Of a stretch of 49,998 bases of DNA, positions 1 through 7,676 are shown piece by piece. Position 1 is the first letter of the stretch. Every line of letters starts with the position of its first letter. Source of the stretch: Gemmatimonadota bacterium. GTDB taxonomy: Bacteria; Gemmatimonadota; Gemmatimonadetes; Gemmatimonadales; Gemmatimonadaceae. The stretch spans positions 1 to 49,998 of the forward strand of contig JANNJV010000509.1 of the NCBI GenBank assembly GCA_031395945.1, written 5' to 3'. Both the position numbers and the translations under genes were made by a program. The notes beneath the pieces are model-generated. The model made no database searches. It was given only the letters and a program-made list of their open reading frames with translations, and was not told the DNA's origin.

Positions 1-317
1 CGGCGCAGCTCGAATGTCTCGCGCTGTGGCGGTGTGAGGATCTGCAGCACCTGCTGGTGCGCGGCCTTCTTGATGGAATCGAGCTGGGGCGAGACCGGCT
101 TCATCACCGCGCCGATCTGGCAATTGCGCGCGTCGAGCAGCGAGTCCATCGCCGAGCGCTGCGCCTCCGACAGTCCGAGATCGTCGTACATGCGTGTGCG
201 TGGTGCCCAGTGCTTCCCACGGTCCTGGAACATGCGATCGGCCGAAAAGCCGAGGACGCCGCCCACGAGTACTGCACCGAGCAGGAACATCAGGGCTTGT
301 TGCTTGGAACGCTGCAT
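1..317 (-). CDS. Periplasmic Spy/CpxP-like (LTXXQ-type) protein, N-terminal part only; the gene runs off the window start
   Basis: ATG at 317-315. It is absent from the ORF track because no stop lies in the window. My translation MQRSKQQALMFLLGAVLVGGVLGFSADR... has one N-terminal hydrophobic anchor, then LSEAQRSAMDSL and LTPPQRETFE (LxxxQ repeats typical of the Spy/CpxP/metal-sensor family). It starts 13 nt after the anti-sigma stop. Confidence 0.6.
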   Translation of the reverse strand, partial: MQRSKQQALMFLLGAVLVGGVLGFSADRMFQDRGKHWAPRTRMYDDLGLSEAQRSAMDSLLDARNCQIGAVMKPVSPQLDSIKKAAHQQVLQILTPPQRETFELR

Positions 318-330
318 GGATCAGATCCGG

Positions 331-705
331 TTATCGGGAAGTCATGAGATAGCGGAACGTCGCCGCGCGTCCTTCCTGGAGCACAGGGCGCACCGCTGTT
401 TCGACTGGGAGCGTTGTCGGCGTCAACATGGCTTCGTATGTGACCTGCCGATCTTCCTGAAACGAGCGGAACATCGCCACACCGGCGCCAAGCAGGACCA
501 CAGCCGCCGCGGCAAGAGCGGGCCGCATCCAACGGTCGAGTTCGTCCCACCACCCGATACTCGGCGCGCTGGCCAGCCGCGCGAGAATCCGCGCCTCGAG
601 CCCGCGCCAATACCCATCGTCCGTGGGCGCCGCGTACACCTGCCGCAGCTCACGCGCGATGTCATCGTCGCCGCCATCGGTGTGCAGTTTCAGATAGTCG
701 GTCAT
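331..705 (-). CDS. Putative anti-sigma factor (single-pass membrane protein)
   Basis: 124-aa ORF whose ATG overlaps the stop of the upstream ECF sigma gene (ATGA at 702-705). Central TM segment PALAAAAVVLLGAGVAMF. No zf-HC2 motif, so the call rests on position and topology. Confidence 0.55.
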   Translation of the reverse strand: MTDYLKLHTDGGDDDIARELRQVYAAPTDDGYWRGLEARILARLASAPSIGWWDELDRWMRPALAAAAVVLLGAGVAMFRSFQEDRQVTYEAMLTPTTLPVETAVRPVLQEGRAATFRYLMTSR

Positions 706-1298
706 GAGTCGCTCCGTACGTTCTTCAGCAGGCGCCGCAAGGCCGCCCGCGCGTGGTGCAAGTCGGATCGCGCCGTCCCCTCGGGAATTCCGAGCATCGA
801 GCCGATCTCTCCGTGCGTGTACCCCTCCACATCGTGCAACACGATCACGGCACGCTGCCGATCCGTCAGGTGGGTGAGCGCGTCGTCCAGTCGACGTCGC
901 AGCTCATCCGCCTCGCCCGGATCCCGAAAGGGCAGAGCCACCGTCTCCGGCAGTTCGTCCGCGTCGCGCACCTTACGCCGCCGGACCAGATCCAGCGCGG
1001 CATTGGCGACGATACGGTTGAGCCAGGCGCCGAAGGGCTGATCGGAACGGAAGCGATCCAGCGCGCGAAACGCGTGAAGGAACCCGTCCTGAACTGCGTC
1101 CTCGGCATCTTCGTGAGAGAGCACGATCGCCCGCGCCACTGCGTACGCCCGTCGCTGATGCAACCGCACTAATGCCGCGAACGCCGATTCGCTGCCTTTT
1201 TGCGCGGCGATTACGTGGTCGCGCTCGCTGATCCCTGCTCTATCGTCAGCCGGCATTGGGCTCGGAAGGCGAGGAGTCAGCGCGATCGCGGCGGTCAT
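702..1298 (-). CDS. ECF (sigma-70 family, sigma-24 type) RNA polymerase sigma factor
   Basis: 198 aa. Region 2 pattern AFAALVRLHQRRAYAVARAIV..DAEDAVQDGFLHAF. Region 4 HTH LTDRQRAVIVLHDVEGYTHGEIGSMLGIPEGTARSDLHHAR. Confidence 0.9.
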   Translation of the reverse strand: MTAAIALTPRLPSPMPADDRAGISERDHVIAAQKGSESAFAALVRLHQRRAYAVARAIVLSHEDAEDAVQDGFLHAFRALDRFRSDQPFGAWLNRIVANAALDLVRRRKVRDADELPETVALPFRDPGEADELRRRLDDALTHLTDRQRAVIVLHDVEGYTHGEIGSMLGIPEGTARSDLHHARAALRRLLKNVRSDS

Positions 1299-1428
1299 GC
1301 TCTCCGGAAAAGATTGTCCTGCTGGAGATACGCATGGCGGCTATGGGACGTTGGGCAGGCGCCGGGTGCTGGCGCGTGTGCCGACACGTGTGCGCGGTTC
1401 GTCCTCGCTCGAGCGTCATGGAGCGATG

Positions 1429-2088
1429 TCAGCCCGAGTCCGGCGCACTGCCCGGAGTGCCCGGAGTGCCCGGAGTGCCCGGAGTGCCTGGAGTGCCCGG
1501 AGTGCCCGCGAGACCGAGGGAGTGTGCGGCCGTCTGCATGGCGTCGACGACGAACTGGATGTGCGCGTCGAGATCCACGCCCAGCTCCTGAGCCCCAAGC
1601 AGCACGTCCTCACGGCTCACTCCGCGCGCAAACCCCTTGTCTTTCATCTTCTTCTTGACGGAGCGGGCGTCGACCTCGTTAACGCTGCGCGACGGTCGCA
1701 CCAGCGCCGTAGCTGTGACCAGGCCCGTGAGTTCGTCCACCGCGAACAGCGCCTTGGCCATCTGCGTCTCTCGCGGTACGCCGCTGTAGGTCGCGTGGCC
1801 GAGGATCGCCTGCAGAATGTCCTCTGGCCATCCGCGTTCACGCAGAATGGCCACGCCGTGGGCGGGGTGGCCCTCTGTCGCCGAATGCTCGGCATTGGGA
1901 AAGCGCTCGTAGTCGAAATCGTGAATCAGACCAGCGAGACCCCATCGCTCTGGATCTTCGCCAAACTTTCCGGCGTAGGCGCGCATAGCCGCTTCCACGG
2001 CCAGCATGTGCTTGCGAAGGGAGTCGCTCTGGGTGTACTCGTGCTGCAGCGCGAGCGCCGCATCGCGTGAGGGCAGGTCGGTCGGCAT
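1429..2088 (-). CDS. HD-domain metal-dependent phosphohydrolase with C-terminal (GTP)n low-complexity tail
   Basis: H...HD pattern (RKHMLAVE...GLIHDFDYE...GHPAHG). The ORF track start is 2109. I prefer the internal ATG at 2088 (MPTDLPS) because 2109 overlaps the divergent gene. The tail ...LAGTPGTPGTPGTPGTPGTPGSAPDSG is encoded by a 9-bp tandem repeat. Confidence 0.8.
   Translation of the reverse strand: MPTDLPSRDAALALQHEYTQSDSLRKHMLAVEAAMRAYAGKFGEDPERWGLAGLIHDFDYERFPNAEHSATEGHPAHGVAILRERGWPEDILQAILGHATYSGVPRETQMAKALFAVDELTGLVTATALVRPSRSVNEVDARSVKKKMKDKGFARGVSREDVLLGAQELGVDLDAHIQFVVDAMQTAAHSLGLAGTPGTPGTPGTPGTPGTPGSAPDSG
1451..1508. repeat. 9-bp perfect/near-perfect tandem repeat (cccggagtg x6 plus a partial unit), in-frame inside the HD gene
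   Basis: Direct reading gives units at 1451, 1460, 1469, 1478, 1487 (one C->T variant) and 1496, then a partial unit cccg. It encodes Gly-Thr-Pro repeats on the minus strand. Confidence 0.95.
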
Positions 2089-2091
2089 ACC

Positions 2092-2904
2092 TTGAATATG
2101 ATGCCCCATCTTCGTTCGCTCACCCTCAAGGGCGGAACTTCCGACGGCTTTCCCTTCAGCGTCCCGGCTATCCGGGCGCTGCCGGAACTGTCGTTCGACA
2201 CCCCGGTCACGTTTTTCGTTGGCGAGAACGGATCGGGGAAAAGCACGTTGCTGGAAGGCATCGCGCTGTCAGCCGGAGTGCCGACGGTGGGAAGCGCAAA
2301 CGCCAGCGACGACCAGACGCTCGCCGCTCAGCGCGCTCTGTCAAACGCGTTGAAGCTGGTCTGGACGAAGCGCTCTCGCCGCGGATTCTTTCTGCGTGCC
2401 GAAGACTTCTTCGGCTTCACCAAGCAACTGGCGCGGCTGCGCGCCGAGATGTTGCAGCGCATGTCAGACCTGGAGGAGGAGTACAAGGACCGCTCGGCGT
2501 ATGCGAAGGGGCTTGCGATGGGTCCCGCCACCGGATCGCTTCGCGAAATGGAGCAGCGGTACGGCGTGGACCTCGACGCCAACTCACACGGCCAGAGCTT
2601 TCTCAAGCTCTTTCAGTCCCGGTTCGTCCCGGGGGGTCTGTATCTCCTGGACGAGCCCGAAGCACCGCTCTCTCCCCAGAGCCAACTGGCACTGCTGGTG
2701 ATGATGGGGGACATGATTGCTCAGGACGCACAGTTCATAGTGGCAACTCACTCACCACTGCTGCTCGCGTTTCCCGGCGCGAGGATCTACAGCTTCGACG
2801 AGGTGCCGGTCCGTGCGGTGGCATACGAGTCGCTCGAGCACGTGGCCCTCACCCGCGATTTCCTGAACGACCCGGGCCGGTTCCTTCGGCACCTGTCGTC
2901 CTGA
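2092..2904 (+). CDS. Stand-alone ABC/SMC-like P-loop ATPase (AAA_15/COG3910-like)
   Basis: Walker A FFVGENGSGKSTLLEG, SHGQSF, Walker B LYLLDEPEAPLSPQSQ, H-loop VATHSPLL. The track start is TTG at 2092. ATG alternatives lie at 2098 and 2101. Confidence 0.85.
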   Translation: MNMMPHLRSLTLKGGTSDGFPFSVPAIRALPELSFDTPVTFFVGENGSGKSTLLEGIALSAGVPTVGSANASDDQTLAAQRALSNALKLVWTKRSRRGFFLRAEDFFGFTKQLARLRAEMLQRMSDLEEEYKDRSAYAKGLAMGPATGSLREMEQRYGVDLDANSHGQSFLKLFQSRFVPGGLYLLDEPEAPLSPQSQLALLVMMGDMIAQDAQFIVATHSPLLLAFPGARIYSFDEVPVRAVAYESLEHVALTRDFLNDPGRFLRHLSS

Positions 2905-2940
2905 CGAGCTCCGACAAGTGCCGCTCCTGGCGGACGCGAG

Positions 2941-3123
2941 CTAGTGCGGTGCAGCGGGCGCCGAGGTCGATGCAGGAGCGGTGGTGTGGCCTTCGAACTT
3001 TCGGGCCGTGAGCTGAACGATGGAGTAGACGATCACGAGCAGGGCCAGCGCGCCGCCGATAAGCCCAATGAACGCCGCGCGCGCGTCCGCCTTGTGATCG
3101 TGAGCCACATGCTCTTGATGCAT
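2941..3123 (-). CDS. Small His-rich single-TM membrane protein (hypothetical)
   Basis: 60 aa, MHQEHVAHDHK... followed by the TM segment AAFIGLIGGALALLVIVYSIV. GC-rich third codon positions. No family recognised. Confidence 0.5.
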   Translation of the reverse strand: MHQEHVAHDHKADARAAFIGLIGGALALLVIVYSIVQLTARKFEGHTTAPASTSAPAAPH

Positions 3124-3132
3124 GGATGAGAC

Positions 3133-3156
3133 GGGAAAAGGGAGGCGGGAAACGGG
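3133..3156 (+). repeat. G3-N4-G3-N4-G3-N4-G3 tract (heptad cgggaaa-like repeats) in an intergenic spacer
   Basis: GGGAAAAGGGAGGCGGGAAACGGG read directly. A fifth GGG lies at 3166-3168. It sits between the ppiase stop (3174) and the small-ORF start (3123). Confidence 0.8.
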
Positions 3157-3173
3157 AATGGAGTCGGGAGAAT

Positions 3174-3641
3174 CTATTCGTCCACGACCCGGACGGAGTT
3201 CATCACGTCGTTCGGCTTGATCTGCTTCATGTGCTCCAGTCCTTTCACGATCTTCCCGAACACCGTGTGAACGCCGTTCAGGTGTCGGGTGTTGGATTCG
3301 CTGAGCACCATGAAGAACTGGCTACCGCCAGTGTCCTTGCCGGCGTGCGCCATGGAGAGCGCTCCCACTTCGTGCGTCCGCTTATTGCCCGCGGTCTCGC
3401 ACTTGATCTTGTAGCCCGGGCCGCCAGTGCCCACGCGACGATCGCCTTCCGGCAGGTCGCGTGACAGCGGATCGCCCCCCTGCACGACGAAGTCGGGTAT
3501 TACGCGATGGAACTTCACGCCGTCGTAAAACTTGGCATTGGCGAGCTTCTCGAAATTCTCGACGGTCTTGGGAGCGTCTTTCTCGTAGAGATCCGCGACG
3601 ATGGTGCCGCGATTGGTCTCGAAAGTGGCTTGTTTTGGCAT
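3174..3641 (-). CDS. ppiB: Cyclophilin-type peptidyl-prolyl cis-trans isomerase
   Basis: 155 aa with [15 protein letters not shown]...GTGGPGY...[19 protein letters not shown]...[12 protein letters not shown], the canonical cyclophilin signature. No signal peptide, so it is the cytoplasmic type. Confidence 0.93.
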   Translation of the reverse strand: MPKQATFETNRGTIVADLYEKDAPKTVENFEKLANAKFYDGVKFHRVIPDFVVQGGDPLSRDLPEGDRRVGTGGPGYKIKCETAGNKRTHEVGALSMAHAGKDTGGSQFFMVLSESNTRHLNGVHTVFGKIVKGLEHMKQIKPNDVMNSVRVVDE

Positions 3642-3671
3642 GCCGGAAATCTAGCGCTCAAACGCGCGAGG
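3642..3671 (-). promoter_or_regulatory. Conserved start-proximal motif GAGCGCTAGATTTCCGGC directly abutting the ATG; candidate leaderless promoter (-10-like TAGATT)
   Basis: On the minus strand: CCTCGCGCG-TTT-GAGCGCTAGATTTCCGGC-ATG. Nearly identical sequence lies upstream of the gene starting at 23103. TAGATT fits TANNNT and ends 6 nt before the A of the ATG. No purine-rich SD is present. Confidence 0.4.
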
Positions 3672-4350
3672 AAGGACAGAGGTCGTTCACGACGCATTGC
3701 TCGCACAACGGCCGCCGCGCATCGCAGATCTCGCGACCATGCGAGATGAGCAGGTGGGCCAGCATCGTCCACCGGTTGCGCGGGAAGAGCGAGATCAGGT
3801 CCTGCTCGATCTTGACGGGGTCGGTCTCCCGAGTGAGGCCAAGGCGGTTGCTCACGCGAGAGACATGCGTGTCGACGACGACCCCTTCGTCGATGCCGAA
3901 CGCATTCCCCAGAACGACGTTGGCAGTTTTTCGTCCTACGCCCGGTAAAGCGACAAGCTCCGCCATTGTGCCGGGGACGCTTCCCCCGTGGTGCTGGGCT
4001 ACGGCGTCCGACATTCCCAGGAGGCTCTTCGACTTGTTCCGGAAGAACCCGGTGCTCCTGATCATGTCCTGAAGTTCGTCGGGGTTCGCGACCGACAGCG
4101 CTTCCGGCGTCGGGTACTTCGCGAACAACGCCGGCGTCACCAGGTTGACGCGCTTGTCGGTGCACTGCGCGCTCAGAATCGTGGCGACGAGGAGTTCATA
4201 CGGATTGCGATACTCCAGCGCGCACGTCGCGTCCGGATACGCCTTCGCCAGGCGACGGTAGATCTCAGGAGCCCGCTCCGCCGCTGGTGCCTGACGGGGC
4301 GACTTGCGCGCGGGCTTTTTCCTTTTCTTCGCCGGTGGCTTGCGCGTCAT
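3658..4350 (-). CDS. nth: Endonuclease III (DNA-(apurinic/apyrimidinic site) lyase / glycosylase) with a basic N-terminal extension
   Basis: HhH-GPD motif LVALPGVGRKTANVVLGNAFG, catalytic D in VVVDTHV, and a C-terminal 4Fe-4S cluster loop C-x6-C-x2-C-x5-C (CDARRPLCEQCVVNDLC). Confidence 0.92.
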   Translation of the reverse strand: MTRKPPAKKRKKPARKSPRQAPAAERAPEIYRRLAKAYPDATCALEYRNPYELLVATILSAQCTDKRVNLVTPALFAKYPTPEALSVANPDELQDMIRSTGFFRNKSKSLLGMSDAVAQHHGGSVPGTMAELVALPGVGRKTANVVLGNAFGIDEGVVVDTHVSRVSNRLGLTRETDPVKIEQDLISLFPRNRWTMLAHLLISHGREICDARRPLCEQCVVNDLCPSSRV

Positions 4351-6071
4351 TCGCGGCGCCGCTTTGCGAATGCCACGACATCATCGGCGCTCCGCGTATT
4401 GAGGATGTCTTTGGCTTCCAGCCACCCCTTCCTAGCCATGCTGACCCCAAGGTTGGTCCAATCGAGCCCACCGCGGGAGTGCGCGTCCGGCCCGATCTCA
4501 ATGACGACACCGAGATCGCGGGCGCGCTGGAGATACCGCCAATCGAGGTCGAGGCGTTTCGGATCCGCATTCACCTCCACGGCAACGCCGGCGTCGGCAG
4601 CCTTCTGCAGCACGGCGTCGACGTCCAAATCGTAGGGTTCCCGCGACAACAGCAGCCTCCCCGTCGGGTGCGCCAGGATGGACATATGGGGGTCATCCAT
4701 GGCGCGCAGCACGCGATCGGTCATTGCGGCACCGTCCATCTTGAAACGCGAGTGAATTGACGCGATGACGTAATCAAATCGTGCGAGCAGTTCCTCATCG
4801 TAATCGAGCCGGCCATCGGCCAGGATGTCGGCTTCGACTCCCTTGAGGACGCGGATGTCACTGGCGGTGGCGTTGAACGCATCGATCTCGTCATGTTGCG
4901 CCAGCATCATCTCCCGTGAGACACCGGACGCATAGAACGCGGCCTGCGAGTGGTCGGAGATGCCGATGTACGTCCATCCCTTCGTGCGCGCCGCATCGGC
5001 CATTTCAGCGATCGTCGCTTTGCCGTCGGAATACTGCGTGTGGCAGTGCAGCACGCCGCGGAGATCCGTGAATTCCACCAGCCGTGGCAGGGCGCCGCTC
5101 GCGGCGGCTTCGACCTCGCCACGGCCTTCACGCAGCTCGGGCGGAATCCAGGCCAGGCCAAGCGCCCCGTACAGCGCGGGCTCGTCCGCCACCAAAACCG
5201 CGCGTCCACGTCCGTCGATGAGGTCGTCGGCCTCAAGACGCAGCCCGCGCGATGTCAGCCGCTGCTCGCATGCCATGAGGTGCTCGCTGCTTCCCGTCGC
5301 CCGCCACAGCGCGACCGCGAACCGCTCGGACGTGACGCAGTGGAGATCGAGCTTGGTGCCGTCCACGAATCGCAGGGTCACCGAGGCGCCCGCGCCGTTT
5401 GCGCGCTGGATGCCGGGCGTGCGCGTGAATGACTGTGCCACCTCATCGGGATGCCGCCGACACGCGGCGACGATGTCGAGGTCGGCGACCACTTCGCGTC
5501 GCCGCCGAACGGACCCGGCAATCTCCGCCGCAACGACGTCAGGGTGCGCGCGTACCGCGTCGAGCAGGCCGCGAGCCTCACGAAGCGCCTGTGGATACAG
5601 CGCCAGCACACCCGCATTTCTCAGGAACGCGATGCCCGCGAGAAGCTTCTCCGTCGTCTTCGGGCCCATACCCTTGACCGTCTTCAGCGTGCCCGCGCGA
5701 GCCGCACCTTCGAGGTCGTCCAGCGACGCGATGCCAAGCTCCGAATGGAGTTTGTGAATCTTGTCCGCGCTGAGGCCGGGCACGCGCAGCAGCTCGAGCA
5801 GCCCTTCCGGCATCTGCTCTCGAAGCTGCTCGAGATAACGCGATTCCCCGGATTCGTTCAGTTCCTTCAGCACGGAGACGGTTGCCGGCCCCAGCCCGCG
5901 AACACTCGCGAGCTCACCGGAACGGAGCATGGGCCCGATGTCGTCGATGCCCAGCGCCAGCAGACTCCGCGCGGCAGTCTGATACGCGCGCGCCTTGAAG
6001 TAGTTCTCGCCCGCTAGCTCCAGATACGCGGCGATCCGCGAGAGGACATGCGCGGCGCTTCTCGAGTCCAT
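4347..6071 (-). CDS. polX: Family X DNA polymerase with C-terminal PHP phosphoesterase domain
   Basis: 574 aa. N-terminal 8-kDa/HhH region (ENYFKARAYQTAARSL, GLGPATVSVL, VPGLSADKIHKL, GMGPKTTEKL). PHP domain VLHCHTQYSDGKATIAEMA...ISDHS. The stop overlaps the nth start (ATGA at 4347-4350). Confidence 0.9.
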   Translation of the reverse strand: MDSRSAAHVLSRIAAYLELAGENYFKARAYQTAARSLLALGIDDIGPMLRSGELASVRGLGPATVSVLKELNESGESRYLEQLREQMPEGLLELLRVPGLSADKIHKLHSELGIASLDDLEGAARAGTLKTVKGMGPKTTEKLLAGIAFLRNAGVLALYPQALREARGLLDAVRAHPDVVAAEIAGSVRRRREVVADLDIVAACRRHPDEVAQSFTRTPGIQRANGAGASVTLRFVDGTKLDLHCVTSERFAVALWRATGSSEHLMACEQRLTSRGLRLEADDLIDGRGRAVLVADEPALYGALGLAWIPPELREGRGEVEAAASGALPRLVEFTDLRGVLHCHTQYSDGKATIAEMADAARTKGWTYIGISDHSQAAFYASGVSREMMLAQHDEIDAFNATASDIRVLKGVEADILADGRLDYDEELLARFDYVIASIHSRFKMDGAAMTDRVLRAMDDPHMSILAHPTGRLLLSREPYDLDVDAVLQKAADAGVAVEVNADPKRLDLDWRYLQRARDLGVVIEIGPDAHSRGGLDWTNLGVSMARKGWLEAKDILNTRSADDVVAFAKRRRE

Positions 6072-6117
6072 GCCCGCAAAGTTATCACGTCCACCACGTC
6101 AGTCATCTGACGCGGGT

Positions 6118-6576
6118 TCAGCCGTCGCTCTCGACTCCCGCGGCGAAACGGAGGCGCTCGACCAGATCGTGCAATTGCTTCTCCGTGACCTCCAGCTCCT
6201 GTGCCGCCCCTTCCTCATCCAAGAGCCCAGCGCGCATGGAAATCGAGACCTGATTCAGGTACCGGATCTTGGAGAGGACCTCGTCCGTCGCTCGACGCAG
6301 ATCATAGTAACGGCGCCGTTCGGCGACGGCGCGCCGGTATCGCAACGCCAACTCTGGGGGCGTGAGCCGCTGCGCGATGGCGGTCACCTCGTCACGGCTG
6401 CGTCCCCCGATGGATCCGCGATCGGTGATTCCGGAATCGGCCAGATCCTCGTCGGCAAACCAGAGCCGGCCCACGTATTCGATACCGTCGAACGCGATGC
6501 GGCACGACACGTTCAACCGGTGCCCGTCGTGGTCGATCGTCGCGATGTGCGGCTGGATGATGTCGTGAAGCGCCAT
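6118..6576 (-). CDS. Hypothetical protein
   Basis: The track ORF runs 6118..6666. I use the internal ATG at 6576 (MALHDIIQ...) because the longer form overlaps the upstream gene, which stops at 6602. No recognisable domain. Coding-like GC3. Confidence 0.6.
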   Translation of the reverse strand: MALHDIIQPHIATIDHDGHRLNVSCRIAFDGIEYVGRLWFADEDLADSGITDRGSIGGRSRDEVTAIAQRLTPPELALRYRRAVAERRRYYDLRRATDEVLSKIRYLNQVSISMRAGLLDEEGAAQELEVTEKQLHDLVERLRFAAGVESDG

Positions 6577-6601
6577 TAGGGCTCTGGGCTCTGGGCTTTG
6601 G

Positions 6602-7501
6602 CTATGGGCTGTTCGCTCGCAGGAATGGGTCGATAGCCGAGAAGAGCGCCGCGGGCTGTTCGACATAGGGAACGTGTCCGCAATCCTCGATCACGGTGAG
6701 TTCCGCGTTCATCGTCCGCGCCGCGTCCTCCGAAGAGGCGAGCGGAATGGGATCCTCCCGACCATGCACGATCAGCGAGCTCGATGTGATGGACGAGAGG
6801 GTGCCATTGGCCACCAGGTCGAAGTCGCCGAGACTGTCCCACACCGACTGCTGGACGCGGGCGCTCACCCGAAACGGTGTGAGATCCTGCGCGGACCGCG
6901 CATGCGCAAAGTAGCCGGCAACGCTCAGCTCGAAATTCCTCTGTCTGTAGGCTTCTGGATCCCGCTCGCGAAGGTTGGATTCGGCGAGGTCCCTCCGCAG
7001 CCGTTCGACCTCCTCGCCGGCCTGCCGTCGAGCAAATTCCCGCTCGAACTGACCACGATAGTGCCGGTTCACGGGCGCCGGGTCAATGAGGACGAGTGCG
7101 CCAGGCGCGGGCAGCGCGCGGTCGCGACTGGCCTCCGACGCGTACAGCATGGCCAGCAAACCGCCCCAGGAGTATCCCACAATGGTCGGGCGATCAAGGC
7201 CAAACTCGGAGATGACGGCGCCCACGTCCTTCACCTGCGTCCGCCACGTGATGGGCTCGCGCGCGTCGGTCCTGGATCTCCCGCCGCCGCGCTGGTCATA
7301 GAACAGCAGTTCGCGTCCCCCTGCGATCCCCGTGAGCTCCAGCATCTGTGGCAACAGATAATCGTGATGCGCTCCCGGACCTCCGTGCAGCACCAGCGCC
7401 GCCGGGGCGCCTGCTGGTCCGTATCGGCACCAGTAGAGCGGCGCGTTCGTCGATCGTGTCATGCCGTACGCCGCGGGCGCAGGGATGGGTTGTGGCGCCA
7501 C
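6602..7501 (-). CDS. Alpha/beta hydrolase, proline iminopeptidase-like
   Basis: VLHGGPGAHHDYL (HGGPG motif), nucleophile elbow GYSWGG, C-terminal ..DCGHVPYVEQP. The start is GTG at 7501 or ATG at 7462. Confidence 0.85.
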   Translation of the reverse strand: MAPQPIPAPAAYGMTRSTNAPLYWCRYGPAGAPAALVLHGGPGAHHDYLLPQMLELTGIAGGRELLFYDQRGGGRSRTDAREPITWRTQVKDVGAVISEFGLDRPTIVGYSWGGLLAMLYASEASRDRALPAPGALVLIDPAPVNRHYRGQFEREFARRQAGEEVERLRRDLAESNLRERDPEAYRQRNFELSVAGYFAHARSAQDLTPFRVSARVQQSVWDSLGDFDLVANGTLSSITSSSLIVHGREDPIPLASSEDAARTMNAELTVIEDCGHVPYVEQPAALFSAIDPFLRANSP

Positions 7502-7676
7502 GGCCGTCAGTTGCCCGATCTCAGCCGGGCCGCAGACGCCACCCGCGCTTCGGAAGTGCGGTTGTGCATGATCTAAGCTAAGCGCGATTCTGGCGTGCCC
7601 GATGCCCCTGTCCTAGGTTCTTGTTTCCTCCGCTGTCTTCGCCGTCGGCGGTTCCCAGTCGGGCCTCGCCGCATCC

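Noticed and set aside
34-1041. 335-aa plus-strand ORF covering the sigma/anti-sigma region
   Set aside because: It is antisense to three genes that have clear family signatures. Its product is Arg/Ser/Ala-rich low-complexity sequence with no motifs, which is the typical shadow ORF of high-GC DNA.
1256-1658. Plus-strand frames reading PGVPGVPGV, ECPECPECP or ARSARSARS; possible collagen-like or repeat protein
   Set aside because: These are just the other frames of the 9-bp tandem repeat. Only the minus frame continues into a recognisable HD-domain protein.
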